Below are positions 19,511 to 28,983 of a stretch of DNA of 64,000 nt, piece after piece; the stretch's first letter is position 1; every line of letters begins with the position of its first letter. The notes under the pieces are model-generated. The model worked only from the letters and a program-made list of their open reading frames with translations. It made no database searches and was not told the origin of the DNA. This DNA is from a virus (taxonomy: Duplodnaviria; Caudoviricetes): positions 96,001 through 160,000 of the IMG/VR virus record IMGVR_UViG_3300042997_002652; one strand, written 5' to 3'. The position numbers and the translations under genes are program-made.

Positions 19511-20221
19511 TTAATACCCAGCTTCTTTCAATAGTTCTTTAACTTGCTTTACTTGTTCTTTGTTTCGCAAAAACTTTAATGCCCATTGTTCAGGATTGAT
19601 ATAATCAAAGATCAATCGTTGTAAACCTTCATCTAAACTTTCAATAAATTCAATACCCGATTGACTTTGATATAACATCCATGCACTGATCTTGCCGTTA
19701 GTAATCTTATAACAAATTTTATTCTTACTACCATATCGTAAATAGTCACCAGCTTTAATATTATCTGGTTCTGCTAATTTAATAGTAGTTTCAATGCTTC
19801 TAGCAATAGCATCAAGTGGATCTTCTTCGCGCAAGTAATAAATCAAGTAACGATTGTATACTTGATCACTAGTCCAACTATCAATAGAAATTTTATTGTC
19901 TAGCAACCAATCTAAGTATCTAGTAATATTGATAGCATTAATATCAACACAATAGTTACCAAATTTAACAAAGGCTATGTAATATGCGCTTTTTACAAAG
20001 TCCAAATAAGTTTTTGGTTTTCTTGAGTTTGTATTCTTTTTGTAAAAAGCAAGCCAGCACTGAAACGCTATTCTGTTTCCAGCGTTATCTTTTTCATGCA
20101 CTCTACGCTTAGTTTCGCACATGTGTTTAAACATTGACTGTTCGCGTTGGAATTGCTTATTACAAAAGTCGCAAACAAATTCAGTTACCTGAGTCTCTTT
20201 CATACTGATTAAGTTCATCAT
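19511..20221 (-). CDS. Conserved phage protein with N-terminal C2H2/C2HC Zn finger
   Basis: FVCDFCNKQF...HMC motif. Confidence 0.6.
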   Translation of the reverse strand: MMNLISMKETQVTEFVCDFCNKQFQREQSMFKHMCETKRRVHEKDNAGNRIAFQCWLAFYKKNTNSRKPKTYLDFVKSAYYIAFVKFGNYCVDINAINITRYLDWLLDNKISIDSWTSDQVYNRYLIYYLREEDPLDAIARSIETTIKLAEPDNIKAGDYLRYGSKNKICYKITNGKISAWMLYQSQSGIEFIESLDEGLQRLIFDYINPEQWALKFLRNKEQVKQVKELLKEAGY

Positions 20222-20780
20222 CGGTTACAATAGTGCTCAACAATTCTATTTCGTCTAATTTTAGTGTTGGGAATTTTTTAGCTAGTACTACTTTCTTTTT
20301 GTGTTCAGTAACAAATACTTCTGCTACTTCTGCTATGTCTCGTTCACTGGCTGTTGGGTATATCTTTTTATAGTAGTCTTGAATCTCTTTAGTTTTAGCT
20401 GCTTCTTTAAGTAAGCTTACTTTTTCACCTATCTTGGGTATCCATTGATGAAACTGTTTCCCCTTGCCTGGGCTAGCAGCACACAACATTAACCATTGTA
20501 GTTTTGGATGAGAATGTTCTTTACTAGCAATCATATGATCTAGCAAATATTTGTTAGCATAATATTCTGTGCTTTGCAAATAATATCGTTGTAAATCTTT
20601 ATTGCCTTTAATAGCACTCATCCATTGTACTAACAAAAATGGTACAAACTTTTTCTGCTGTTCGGGAGTTAACCTGTCAAAAAAGTCATAGTCTTTTTTG
20701 TCCAACGCTTCTAAAGTTTTGAACAGATCCAAATCTTGATTTTCAAAAGTTTCGTCTTTTGGTACAGATTTTTTAGCCAT
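20181..20780 (-). CDS. Probable clamp-loader small subunit (T4 gp62-like)
   Basis: KKFVPFLLVQWMS, HPKLQWLMLCAA and QFHQWI resemble gp62-family motifs, in a replication context. Confidence 0.55.
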   Translation of the reverse strand: MAKKSVPKDETFENQDLDLFKTLEALDKKDYDFFDRLTPEQQKKFVPFLLVQWMSAIKGNKDLQRYYLQSTEYYANKYLLDHMIASKEHSHPKLQWLMLCAASPGKGKQFHQWIPKIGEKVSLLKEAAKTKEIQDYYKKIYPTASERDIAEVAEVFVTEHKKKVVLAKKFPTLKLDEIELLSTIVTDDELNQYERDSGN

Positions 20781-21283
20781 TAAAAGACTTTCCCGTAATC
20801 AACTACTTCACAGTTTCTGCTAATCTCTTTAACAAAATATAAGCATCGGGGCTTTTCGCTATCATCAATGGGTACACATAAAAACTGACCATTTCTAAGT
20901 CTAGGCGAAAACCAAGTTACATCTTGATAAATGTCTACAATCTCTATAGGAAGAAAATCGGGCGCATAAGAAGTAAGAGGATTAAATTGAAACGCATTAA
21001 ATCCTCTGTCGTTTACACTAGACAAGGGAAGAGTTTCTAAATCACCGTGTTCAGATTCTCCAATTAAGATTTGCCAATCTACTGGCATTTTAATTTTTCT
21101 ATTACCCACTTGTAAAACTACAGCAGGCGAGTTAAAAGACTCTAAAAATATCAGAGGTATAAAATAAAAGTCTGGATTATTTGGATTAGAGTTATCTAAT
21201 ATTGCAAACTGAAGATCGTCTATTTCTTCAGGTAATGATTCTAAATTGTAACAACTGTTTACATCTAAGTTTAATATTCTCAT
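20780..21283 (-). CDS. Hypothetical beta-rich protein
   Basis: 167-aa ORF coupled to its neighbours. Confidence 0.6.
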   Translation of the reverse strand: MRILNLDVNSCYNLESLPEEIDDLQFAILDNSNPNNPDFYFIPLIFLESFNSPAVVLQVGNRKIKMPVDWQILIGESEHGDLETLPLSSVNDRGFNAFQFNPLTSYAPDFLPIEIVDIYQDVTWFSPRLRNGQFLCVPIDDSEKPRCLYFVKEISRNCEVVDYGKVF

Positions 21284-21298
21284 ATTGATATTATATCT

Positions 21299-22753
21299 CT
21301 AATAGTCTAATTTTTCAATACTAAACGGATAAGAAGCTTCTTTGTAAAAAGCTTTTCTTTGGGTAAGGTGCCTTTTAGAAAACTTACAATCGCTAGTTAT
21401 ATCCCAGACGGCAACATGATCTTTATCCTCTGCCATGCGCAGACCCCTGCCTATGCTTTGTATTACTCTTACAAACGACTTACCAGGTTCAAGCATAACA
21501 ATGTTAAACAGTCTAGGTACATTAATACCCACGGCTGCAACACCGTATGTGCAAACCAATATTCGGCCCTCACTCGTTCTAATTTCATCATACTCTTCTT
21601 TCCTCTCTGTTAATTTCATTTCTCCAGATACAAATACTGAGTTAGGTAACCTTTCTACTAACTCTTTACCTGCACTGATTCTGTCAACTAGCACTAATGT
21701 ATTGCCGGTATCTTTGATTTTATCAATCAGTTTAGCAATAGTATCTAGTCTAAGTTGATCGGTGGTTAAAAATTTCAATTCACTTTGATAGTCTTTGTAT
21801 TCTTTGCCGTCTTTTAGCTGAACAATGTTTACATGACACTGTGCAAGAACGCCTTGTTCTTGTAATTCACTGGCTGAAAGCTTACCAACAACCGGACCTA
21901 GTGACACTAACAATGATAGTTTGTCAAAGTCAGCTTTTGGAATAGTACCAGTTAAGCCCCAACGAATTGGCACTCGTGATAGCACACCAGTAAGTAAGTC
22001 TTTTAAAACTTCTGCTTTTGCTTGGTGCACTTCGTCAACGATCACGCATACTACGCCTTCAATAAAATCGTTGATAGTAAAATCAGCGTCACCTGATTGT
22101 GTTGCTTTTAACAGATTGTTCAATGATTGCCAAGTACAAATAGTATGAGTTTTGTTTAGTTCTTTTCTATCTCCAAAATAAACACCAACATCAAGACCTA
22201 AGTTAACATAGTCTTCTTCTGTTTGTACTACTAATGATTTGTTTGGAACGATAACGATTGATCTACCATATTGTTCTACTGACAAAGATAGTGCAGCCGT
22301 TACTAAAGTTTTACCTGCGCCTGTTGCTGCTTCTTGCAATGATTGCGGATTAGCTAAAAAGGTATTTACAATCTCTACTTGATAATCTCTAAACATAATA
22401 GACTCACCTTCTTTAACATGACCTTTAGGCCAAGTTTTATTAGCAAAGGTATCTTCTTTTATTTGTTCAAATTGAAATGTAGTTTTGTAAGTGCGTAAGT
22501 CTTCTAGTTCAATATCGTAATTAAAGTTATCAATGATAGGGATAATTTGATCTAGTAAATTAATATGAGTGGCGCCACCTAATGAAAAGTAGCTGATCTT
22601 ACCATTCCATCTACCCAGACGAACACTAGGCAAGTACCTAGCACCGGGTTTTTCCACTTCAAATTTTTTCATCAACGCTTTACGAGCATCAAGTTCTAAT
22701 CCTTGAATTTTAACATTTACTTCATCGGTTATAATTATTTTAGCTGTTTTCAT
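21299..22753 (-). CDS. uvsW: SF2 helicase (T4 UvsW-like)
   Basis: FRDYQ, ATGAGKT, VDEVH, GLTGT and QSIGRGLR motifs. Confidence 0.92.
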   Translation of the reverse strand: MKTAKIIITDEVNVKIQGLELDARKALMKKFEVEKPGARYLPSVRLGRWNGKISYFSLGGATHINLLDQIIPIIDNFNYDIELEDLRTYKTTFQFEQIKEDTFANKTWPKGHVKEGESIMFRDYQVEIVNTFLANPQSLQEAATGAGKTLVTAALSLSVEQYGRSIVIVPNKSLVVQTEEDYVNLGLDVGVYFGDRKELNKTHTICTWQSLNNLLKATQSGDADFTINDFIEGVVCVIVDEVHQAKAEVLKDLLTGVLSRVPIRWGLTGTIPKADFDKLSLLVSLGPVVGKLSASELQEQGVLAQCHVNIVQLKDGKEYKDYQSELKFLTTDQLRLDTIAKLIDKIKDTGNTLVLVDRISAGKELVERLPNSVFVSGEMKLTERKEEYDEIRTSEGRILVCTYGVAAVGINVPRLFNIVMLEPGKSFVRVIQSIGRGLRMAEDKDHVAVWDITSDCKFSKRHLTQRKAFYKEASYPFSIEKLDY

Positions 22754-23769
22754 TTTACCTCAATTGGATTTGAATTCTTTATAAACACACATTTAGCAAC
22801 AGCACCAGCTCCGCAGAATTTTCTACTTTCATCGCCGTGATATTGTAATAATACAGGTGTTTTGATAGTGCTGTCTACTGCAAAATCAGATTTAACGGGT
22901 ATAACTTCAATATTGTTCTTTTCTAAGTTTTTAATTAAGGGCACGAACAGTTGTTTAGTTTTAAGAAAAGCGGTATGAACACCTTTACCTAATAATACTT
23001 GTTTAACATCTAGCTCTGTTAACCACGTTACTATTTCAGTTTCATCAATTTCTGTTTCAGTTACAAACTCACTAGCAAACTTTTTGATCTTGCTATCAAT
23101 TAAATCTTTGTGAGTTTTTATACCCAACTTAGATAATTTAAAAAGAGTTTTGGGATCAGTGTTAAGTTCTATGTTGCTTATACGATTGCCTATTGGTTCG
23201 TTTACAGCAATGATATAGTAGTTATTATTTATGTTGACTAAAGTTGGTTCCCAGATTATATTGGGATCAGTTAAAGTGGACACTTCCGATAATATTCTTT
23301 TAATGTGATTACAATAATAAACTTCTGGAAAGTATTTGGGAAGAATAGTATATGCAATTTTTAAAGCATAGGTACTCATAGAAGATATGTACGCTTTTTT
23401 AGTCTTATCCCAATTAAACGTATTGTCTTTTATATCATCAAACCTTTTAATAAACTTGTTGTTCATTGGAACTCGGATAACAAGTTTGTCATTGAGCAAT
23501 GATACTCTAGCCGCCGTATATTCTTTAGATGTTTCTATTACCTGCGCTTTCCATGGTAACTCTAGTAACTGATCTTTAGTAAGGTTAGTTTGTTTTAACT
23601 GAAGGAGATATTTTTCTACTAGTTTTGAGAATAGCTTATCCTGACCCGTAGTGATCGTGTTAGTATCTTTGATAATTATGGTTAGATTATTAAAGAATTT
23701 TCTATCACTATAATGAAGTCTAATAGATTTGGATAGAAAGAAATAAAGTAAATGTTCTTTTGTCTGCAT
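22750..23769 (-). CDS. Hypothetical protein
   Basis: 339-aa ORF with a 4-nt overlap to uvsW. Confidence 0.65.
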   Translation of the reverse strand: MQTKEHLLYFFLSKSIRLHYSDRKFFNNLTIIIKDTNTITTGQDKLFSKLVEKYLLQLKQTNLTKDQLLELPWKAQVIETSKEYTAARVSLLNDKLVIRVPMNNKFIKRFDDIKDNTFNWDKTKKAYISSMSTYALKIAYTILPKYFPEVYYCNHIKRILSEVSTLTDPNIIWEPTLVNINNNYYIIAVNEPIGNRISNIELNTDPKTLFKLSKLGIKTHKDLIDSKIKKFASEFVTETEIDETEIVTWLTELDVKQVLLGKGVHTAFLKTKQLFVPLIKNLEKNNIEVIPVKSDFAVDSTIKTPVLLQYHGDESRKFCGAGAVAKCVFIKNSNPIEVK

Positions 23770-23816
23770 AGTAGTATATATTACTATAGAGTCAAAATAG
23801 AGTCAAACTTAAAGGC

Positions 23817-23840
23817 AAAAAAAGGGACATCAATGTCCCT
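23817..23840 (-). terminator. Intrinsic terminator closing the early-region transcript
   Basis: Minus strand AGGGACA-TTGA-TGTCCCT followed by T-tract. A second small hairpin ACACCATCATGGTGT lies just upstream. Confidence 0.8.
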
Positions 23841-23871
23841 AAAACAAAACACCATCATGGTGTCGGAAAAC

Positions 23872-24102
23872 TTAAATATCAAAATATTTTTTGACAAGAT
23901 TTTTTATCTCTACAAAATCAGTAACACCGTTATCAATTGCATTTCTTGTTACCAATAAGGTTCTGTTGATTAGCTGTTTGGTTAACACTTCAACAAAAGG
24001 ATCAGGTATATACATCTTGTTTATTTCTTCGTTGTCTTCAGGAAACAGATCAAATACTTCAGTAATCGCTTGTCTAAAAATATCTCGTGTTTTATCGTTC
24101 AT
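23872..24102 (-). CDS. Hypothetical protein
   Basis: 76-aa ORF with GGAG RBS. Confidence 0.55.
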   Translation of the reverse strand: MNDKTRDIFRQAITEVFDLFPEDNEEINKMYIPDPFVEVLTKQLINRTLLVTRNAIDNGVTDFVEIKNLVKKYFDI

Positions 24103-24118
24103 GATATTACTCCCTTAC

Positions 24119-25144
24119 TTAACCACGCTTTACACAAGTTGCTTCAGCCAGCATTTTCCAGTTCTTTGACACTTTAACAAGATCAGCAATCTTTACAGCC
24201 ATACGCAGTGAAATTTCACGCAGATTAGTCAGATTGGTTTCCATGAAGTCTAAGATTTCAGTAGACTGAGCATCATTAAAACCATAATCCTCAAACAAAC
24301 CGTTGTTGGTGTCACGGTGAACTTGACGCACACGCAACATTTTGTCACGCTCGGTGTCAATAGTCAGATCCAAGTAATGTGCTCGTGATTGCAGCGCATC
24401 AATGTGTGCCTTGACAGTAGAACGCTTGTTGTTGTTAGCAACATCAACGTTAGTGATAAAAATGATTGAACCGTGAAAGTCAAACGAGTTAGGTACACCT
24501 TCGTCTCTGAGCAAACGTGAATCTTTGTTCCAAGAAATTCTACGCTTCTTGCCTGAATCCAAAGCACCTTTCAATACGTTTAACGCATCAGGGTCTGACC
24601 AAACATCACAATCGTCAAACACTAGTACATTGCGTGGGTCAGAAAACTTGTACAGTGTAGCAAACAAACCTATACCAGAGATCGCACCTTTGACAATTTC
24701 AAAACGTGGATTACGTTGAGCAATTTTGTCAAACAAGCTTGCTTTTTCCATTTCTTGAATAACAGTGTGTGACTTGCCTACACCGGGAGGACCAGTTACG
24801 ATCAAAGCACGAATGTCACCTGCGATACACGCTTTTGTCATTTCATCCATAATTTGAAAGCGGGTGCTAATACGATTCATTGCTTCTTCGTCTGTTTCTT
24901 GCGGGAGGGATACTTGCGATTCAACTACTGCTTCAGTCATGGGTTCACCTGTTAGGTATTCAATAGAACTGATATTATCTACTTTGATCTTGATGTTGTC
25001 AATATCAATAGGGAAGTGACCTTCGTTCTTTACAGTAACGTAGCCGCCTTTAACACCTACTTGATAGCCCCGTACCAACTTGAAAGTAGTGTTGATAATG
25101 GGAGCATTACGATAAGTACCGCGCTTGATTCTGATTACTGACAT
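24119..25144 (-). CDS. AAA+ ATPase
   Basis: Walker A IVTGPPGVGKS, Walker B LVFDDCD, IIFITN, QSRA. Confidence 0.85.
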   Translation of the reverse strand: MSVIRIKRGTYRNAPIINTTFKLVRGYQVGVKGGYVTVKNEGHFPIDIDNIKIKVDNISSIEYLTGEPMTEAVVESQVSLPQETDEEAMNRISTRFQIMDEMTKACIAGDIRALIVTGPPGVGKSHTVIQEMEKASLFDKIAQRNPRFEIVKGAISGIGLFATLYKFSDPRNVLVFDDCDVWSDPDALNVLKGALDSGKKRRISWNKDSRLLRDEGVPNSFDFHGSIIFITNVDVANNNKRSTVKAHIDALQSRAHYLDLTIDTERDKMLRVRQVHRDTNNGLFEDYGFNDAQSTEILDFMETNLTNLREISLRMAVKIADLVKVSKNWKMLAEATCVKRG

Positions 25145-25180
25145 AGTATTTTCTCTCTTGTTTGTTTACTGTATGATGTT

Positions 25181-25208
25181 ATTATAGCAGATTTGGGTAA
25201 GAAGTCAA
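25181..25208 (-). promoter_or_regulatory. Early sigma70 promoter cassette
   Basis: TTGACT-16-TATAAT with extended TG (TGCTATAAT). Confidence 0.85.
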
Positions 25209-25222
25209 GCCTTATTTGAAAT

Positions 25223-25369
25223 TTATTCTGTTGCAGGTACGATCAACTCAACACGGCGAACTCGGCGGTCGCGACTAATGCGGTTGAAGAAACCCTTAGC
25301 AGCAATATATGTGTCAAAAGACTTGCTCAGGCTATCATAGTTGTAGTATTTGTAGGTTACAGTATACAT
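25223..25369 (-). CDS. Small early protein, 48 aa (not in ORF track)
   Basis: MYTVTYKYYNYDSLSKSFDTYIAAKGFFNRISRDRRVRRVELIVPATE, filling the space between two promoter cassettes, with RBS. Confidence 0.6.
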   Translation of the reverse strand: MYTVTYKYYNYDSLSKSFDTYIAAKGFFNRISRDRRVRRVELIVPATE

Positions 25370-25402
25370 TATACTTTCTCGCTCTTTGTTGACTATAGAA
25401 CT

Positions 25403-25430
25403 ATTATAGCAGAAATGGGTAAGAAGTCAA
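25403..25430 (-). promoter_or_regulatory. Early sigma70 promoter cassette
   Basis: TTGACT-16-TATAAT with extended TG. Confidence 0.85.
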
Positions 25431-25437
25431 GCCTTTT

Positions 25438-25716
25438 TTAACTAAATTCGTAAATTTTAACAGAAGGATCCAGCTTAACTAGCTCTTTAGCAGCAGCAGT
25501 CAATGCACGATACCGGGCTTGAACCTGACTACGGGGCAGTTCACCGTCACAGGTAAGATTCTCAGGGCTAAGATCGGAATCAATCATACTGGCTACACGT
25601 TGTCTACCTTTAGCAGTTTTAATCTCAAATTGCTCACCGTTGAAAATCGCGTTCCACTGATTCTTTTGATTGATAAGTGCTTGAAGTGCTGACATTTTGT
25701 GCTCCTGTTTATTCAC
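25438..25716 (-). CDS. Early hypothetical protein
   Basis: ORF behind its own promoter. True start is probably MSALQAL. Confidence 0.6.
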   Translation of the reverse strand: MNKQEHKMSALQALINQKNQWNAIFNGEQFEIKTAKGRQRVASMIDSDLSPENLTCDGELPRSQVQARYRALTAAAKELVKLDPSVKIYEFS

Positions 25717-25727
25717 TGTATAATACT

Positions 25728-25755
25728 ATTATAGCAGGTTTTACCCGAAAGTCAA
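25728..25755 (-). promoter_or_regulatory. Early sigma70 promoter cassette
   Basis: TTGACT-16-TATAAT with extended TG. Confidence 0.85.
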
Positions 25756-25794
25756 GCCTTTGGCTAAAAATAAATCTCTTTAGAAATCAATAAC

Positions 25795-26022
25795 TTAGCT
25801 TCCAACTGAAGTAAAATCCAATTCTTTGTTGGTTTTTATGTCGGTTAAACTGATTATTGTATAGTTGGTACGAGTACTGTTACTTACTGCCCAAGCCCAA
25901 GCTTTAGCATCGTTATAAGTCATAAAACCCATACGATCTGTATGGGTTATGCCTTCAAGTGTACCTGAAGTAAACTTGCGTACAATCTCAACTTGAACAG
26001 GGTAGTTTTCGTATATATTCAT
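25795..26022 (-). CDS. Early hypothetical protein
   Basis: 75-aa ORF behind its own promoter. Confidence 0.55.
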   Translation of the reverse strand: MNIYENYPVQVEIVRKFTSGTLEGITHTDRMGFMTYNDAKAWAWAVSNSTRTNYTIISLTDIKTNKELDFTSVGS

Positions 26023-26030
26023 ATTATATT

Positions 26031-26058
26031 AGTGTATCAGAATTAGAAAGAATGTCAA
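26031..26058 (-). promoter_or_regulatory. Early sigma70 promoter
   Basis: TTGACA-16-TACACT. Confidence 0.7.
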
Positions 26059-26097
26059 GCCTTCTATCAAAAATAAAAGGCTTGACCTATCAGTTAC

Positions 26098-26571
26098 TTA
26101 CACCGATTCTAGGTACTTATTTTGATCAGAACAAATGTCAATGATACTAAACATAGGTTTAGACGTAAAGGGTCCGTAGGGCATGTGCTCTTTTTTCACG
26201 CGATATACGGGAAGACCGAATTTTCTGATTCTATTCTCGAACCAATTCTGTAGATCGTTATACGTCTGACCGCTGTTAGGATCTATCCACTCCCATACCC
26301 ATTGGTCAAGTTTGATACTAACATGCGCTTGTAGCAATCTACGAGACTCTTCTAAATCTGTTACTACATCTGTGGGCCCATAGTACAGATCATTAAATTG
26401 TTGAGCACATCCAGTATGACCTATATAAGCTTTGATTCGTTTCTCTTCATGGGTTGTTCTACCCCAACCGTCGGTGTGAACAAATATATCTGATCCGACA
26501 GTTAGCGGTATTTTATGACCTGTTTTTATGAGATAAAGACCGGTCGTAGAATCATCCTTTAGTGCAATCAT
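26098..26571 (-). CDS. GIY-YIG superfamily (T5orf172/MUG113-like) protein
   Basis: GLYLIK...GWGRT...KRIKAY resembles the GIY-YIG core. Confidence 0.5.
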   Translation of the reverse strand: MIALKDDSTTGLYLIKTGHKIPLTVGSDIFVHTDGWGRTTHEEKRIKAYIGHTGCAQQFNDLYYGPTDVVTDLEESRRLLQAHVSIKLDQWVWEWIDPNSGQTYNDLQNWFENRIRKFGLPVYRVKKEHMPYGPFTSKPMFSIIDICSDQNKYLESV

Positions 26572-27845
26572 TTTACAAACCTCTCAGTAACACAAGTGTC
26601 TAAAAAGTCGTAAATATCAGTTTGAGAAAATATACCAGTGTCTGCGATTTCCAATACACGATGACTTCCACCGTTTCTGACATAAGCTCTGCACACGACA
26701 CCGGAAGCAGCATTGAACGGGGCAGTGGGCACATCAACCAGCGCACCGTGCTTGTGTTTATAATGCTCTTCCCATGCTCTTTTAGTTTGGGTAGCCAAGT
26801 TATTTTGCGTATAAAACCCTTTACGTAATGTACCCATGATCTCATCCATAAAACTACGGAAGTTTTTATCGTTTCGGGTTTTGTAAATCTTTGTTTCAAT
26901 AAACTCTTTGTAGAAGCTTTCAAAGAAACCGAATTCGGAGTTATGAAGTGGTTCTCCCGGGTAATACAAATCATGTTCAGCCGTGATATGATCTAGTACC
27001 TTACTAGACCTGGAAACTACTGCTTGAATGTGTGTAATAGAGCCAGCTAATCCACTATTATCTTTATCTTCTTTCTTGATAAGTGTGCAGTTGTTTTTCT
27101 CAATACTTTCTACTTTAACATGATTTTCCCATGCGTCTGCATCATCTTCTTTGGTTTTACCATCAATACGAATTTTATACACATCATTACGTATCATAGT
27201 ATATTCGTCAACGTTTCTTCTACCTTTTCCGTTAACGAATGTGAAAAGATCACGCGCAAAGCTACGATCAGAAGTTTCTACATACCACACAGGAACCATA
27301 AACTCTTTGTTACCAGTAATGTCTGACCATATCTTAGCAACAAAAAGAATCATTTGAGCAGTAGTATTATGTTGACCATCACATGCATGGTACCTTTCTA
27401 CTCCCGGATCTTTTACTGCAAAAACCGGACTGATTCGCCATGGATGAAAGTTTTCCAAGATTTCAAACAAGTGATTTATAATGATATCCCGCTGAATATC
27501 TAAGTCAATCACAATTTTACTGATAGGTACTAGTTTGAAGTCAGGACGATCAGACATTTTCAATTTACCTTCAAACTTCTTTTTAATTCTGCGAATAAGA
27601 GAATCGAACCTAGGATCCTTTTCTATTTCTTTCACCCGATCTGCAAAAGATATTTCATTGTGTGAACCAACAGACCGTTTCATTTCATTTTCAGGATAAA
27701 GAATATCAGGATCCTTAGGTTGGTGATTCCATTTAAACTTATAAGGGTCTACCTTTGCTTGTTTTGCTACTTTCTTAGCGAGAACCCGCTCTTGGTTACG
27801 GGTGATGTTGTTAGAATCTTTTTCAAGCATTTTGTTAGCTTTCAT
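26568..27845 (-). CDS. ParB/Srx-fold DGQH-domain protein
   Basis: IVIDLDIQRDI, ISPVFAV and ACDGQHNT motifs, followed by a long helical C-terminus. Confidence 0.65.
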   Translation of the reverse strand: MKANKMLEKDSNNITRNQERVLAKKVAKQAKVDPYKFKWNHQPKDPDILYPENEMKRSVGSHNEISFADRVKEIEKDPRFDSLIRRIKKKFEGKLKMSDRPDFKLVPISKIVIDLDIQRDIIINHLFEILENFHPWRISPVFAVKDPGVERYHACDGQHNTTAQMILFVAKIWSDITGNKEFMVPVWYVETSDRSFARDLFTFVNGKGRRNVDEYTMIRNDVYKIRIDGKTKEDDADAWENHVKVESIEKNNCTLIKKEDKDNSGLAGSITHIQAVVSRSSKVLDHITAEHDLYYPGEPLHNSEFGFFESFYKEFIETKIYKTRNDKNFRSFMDEIMGTLRKGFYTQNNLATQTKRAWEEHYKHKHGALVDVPTAPFNAASGVVCRAYVRNGGSHRVLEIADTGIFSQTDIYDFLDTCVTERFVK

Positions 27846-27880
27846 GACATTCCTTATTGAAGTAAAGTTATAGTTTCTAT

Positions 27881-27909
27881 ATAGTATTAGATAAATTGAG
27901 TATTGTCAA
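27881..27909 (-). promoter_or_regulatory. Early sigma70 promoter
   Basis: TTGACA-17-TACTAT. Confidence 0.8.
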
Positions 27910-28057
27910 GCTTTTTTAAAAATATTTTATAAAACCACTGAGCTAAGTTACTGATTTACAAACATAATTTTAACAAAGAATCAATAACTTACGTTACCTG
28001 CGTGAAATCTTAACCAGAGATCATAGTCAACATGCTCAAGCAATAACAGCCAAAAAG

Positions 28058-28126
28058 AAACCCCATTGAAATCAACAACTTACTAAAAACATCTGATTCT
28101 GTAAGTTGCTGATTTCTTTGGGGTTT
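28058..28126. repeat. 26-bp imperfect inverted repeat built from the AAATCAAYAACTTA motif (likely rIIAB terminator and/or binding site)
   Basis: AAACCCCATTGAAATCAACAACTTAC (28058-28083) pairs with GTAAGTTGCTGATTTCTTTGGGGTTT (28101-28126). Confidence 0.85.
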
Positions 28127-28131
28127 GTTAA

Positions 28132-28983
28132 TTACTCAGTAGTAGCTAGAGCCTGTGCTTTACGCTGATTCAACACTTCCTGAATCAAGCGGGCTACTTC
28201 TACTCGCTCGGCATCAGTCAGTACACTTGCTTCACGTACAGCAGCTTCCTGAACCGACTTAGCAAAAGCTTCGTCAGCCTTGTCCTTGTCAATCTCGTCC
28301 ACTACTTCGTAACAACATGCACGACCTTTTGAATCGTTGTAGTCGTTAGGAATTGACACAACATCACGGGGGTTGATCTTAACGATCACGATACGCGCAC
28401 CACCAAAGTGGTTCAAGTAATCGCGTGAGCAAAAGTGCAAGCCAGTAGAACAAGTTTGGTTCTGATCGTCATCCACTCGGTTGCGTTCCATTTCTACTAC
28501 CTGACCCACTGAGTTATTCATTTTGCCAGTGTGACAGTCAGTATAGTCCTGACGAATTTTCTTGTAAGCCAAGAATGAGCCGTCGGGAGTAATCGGCAAA
28601 CTGTTCTTTTCCAAGAAGCCATAAAGTTCAGTCACAGCCCGCTTGCTAGGGTTCTGCATCAAGTTCTCCATGAACGCTACCATGGGCTTGACATCAAAAC
28701 CGTCTTGCAGCATACGGATCATGCGAGTAGCTAATGAGTTATGGAACTCTTCGCCTTTCCAGTACATAGTATCACCTTGAACAGCAATGTTGCCATTACC
28801 GTATTCCAAGATTACCTGTTTGGGATCAATAATGCTGTCTACAGTTTCCCAATCGTTTGCTTTGATAGCATCAACCACACGCTGATACATGGGGTGCGCC
28901 CTGCTTACCACGTGCGGCTTAGAGCCAATTACTACTGTTACTTGCGACCCTTGTACGATATAGGGGTATGCCATTTTATTCAC
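28132..28983 (-). CDS. rIIB: rIIB-like protein
   Basis: LYGFLEKNSLPITPDGSFLAYKKI, CSTGLHFCS and IPNDYNDSKGRACCYEV, downstream of rIIA. Confidence 0.9.
   Translation of the reverse strand: MNKMAYPYIVQGSQVTVVIGSKPHVVSRAHPMYQRVVDAIKANDWETVDSIIDPKQVILEYGNGNIAVQGDTMYWKGEEFHNSLATRMIRMLQDGFDVKPMVAFMENLMQNPSKRAVTELYGFLEKNSLPITPDGSFLAYKKIRQDYTDCHTGKMNNSVGQVVEMERNRVDDDQNQTCSTGLHFCSRDYLNHFGGARIVIVKINPRDVVSIPNDYNDSKGRACCYEVVDEIDKDKADEAFAKSVQEAAVREASVLTDAERVEVARLIQEVLNQRKAQALATTE

Noticed and set aside
20780-21283. Stand-alone Hint/intein-like domain
   Set aside because: It is beta-rich but has no N-terminal Cys/Ser or C-terminal His-Asn splice motifs. Unsupported without a structure search.
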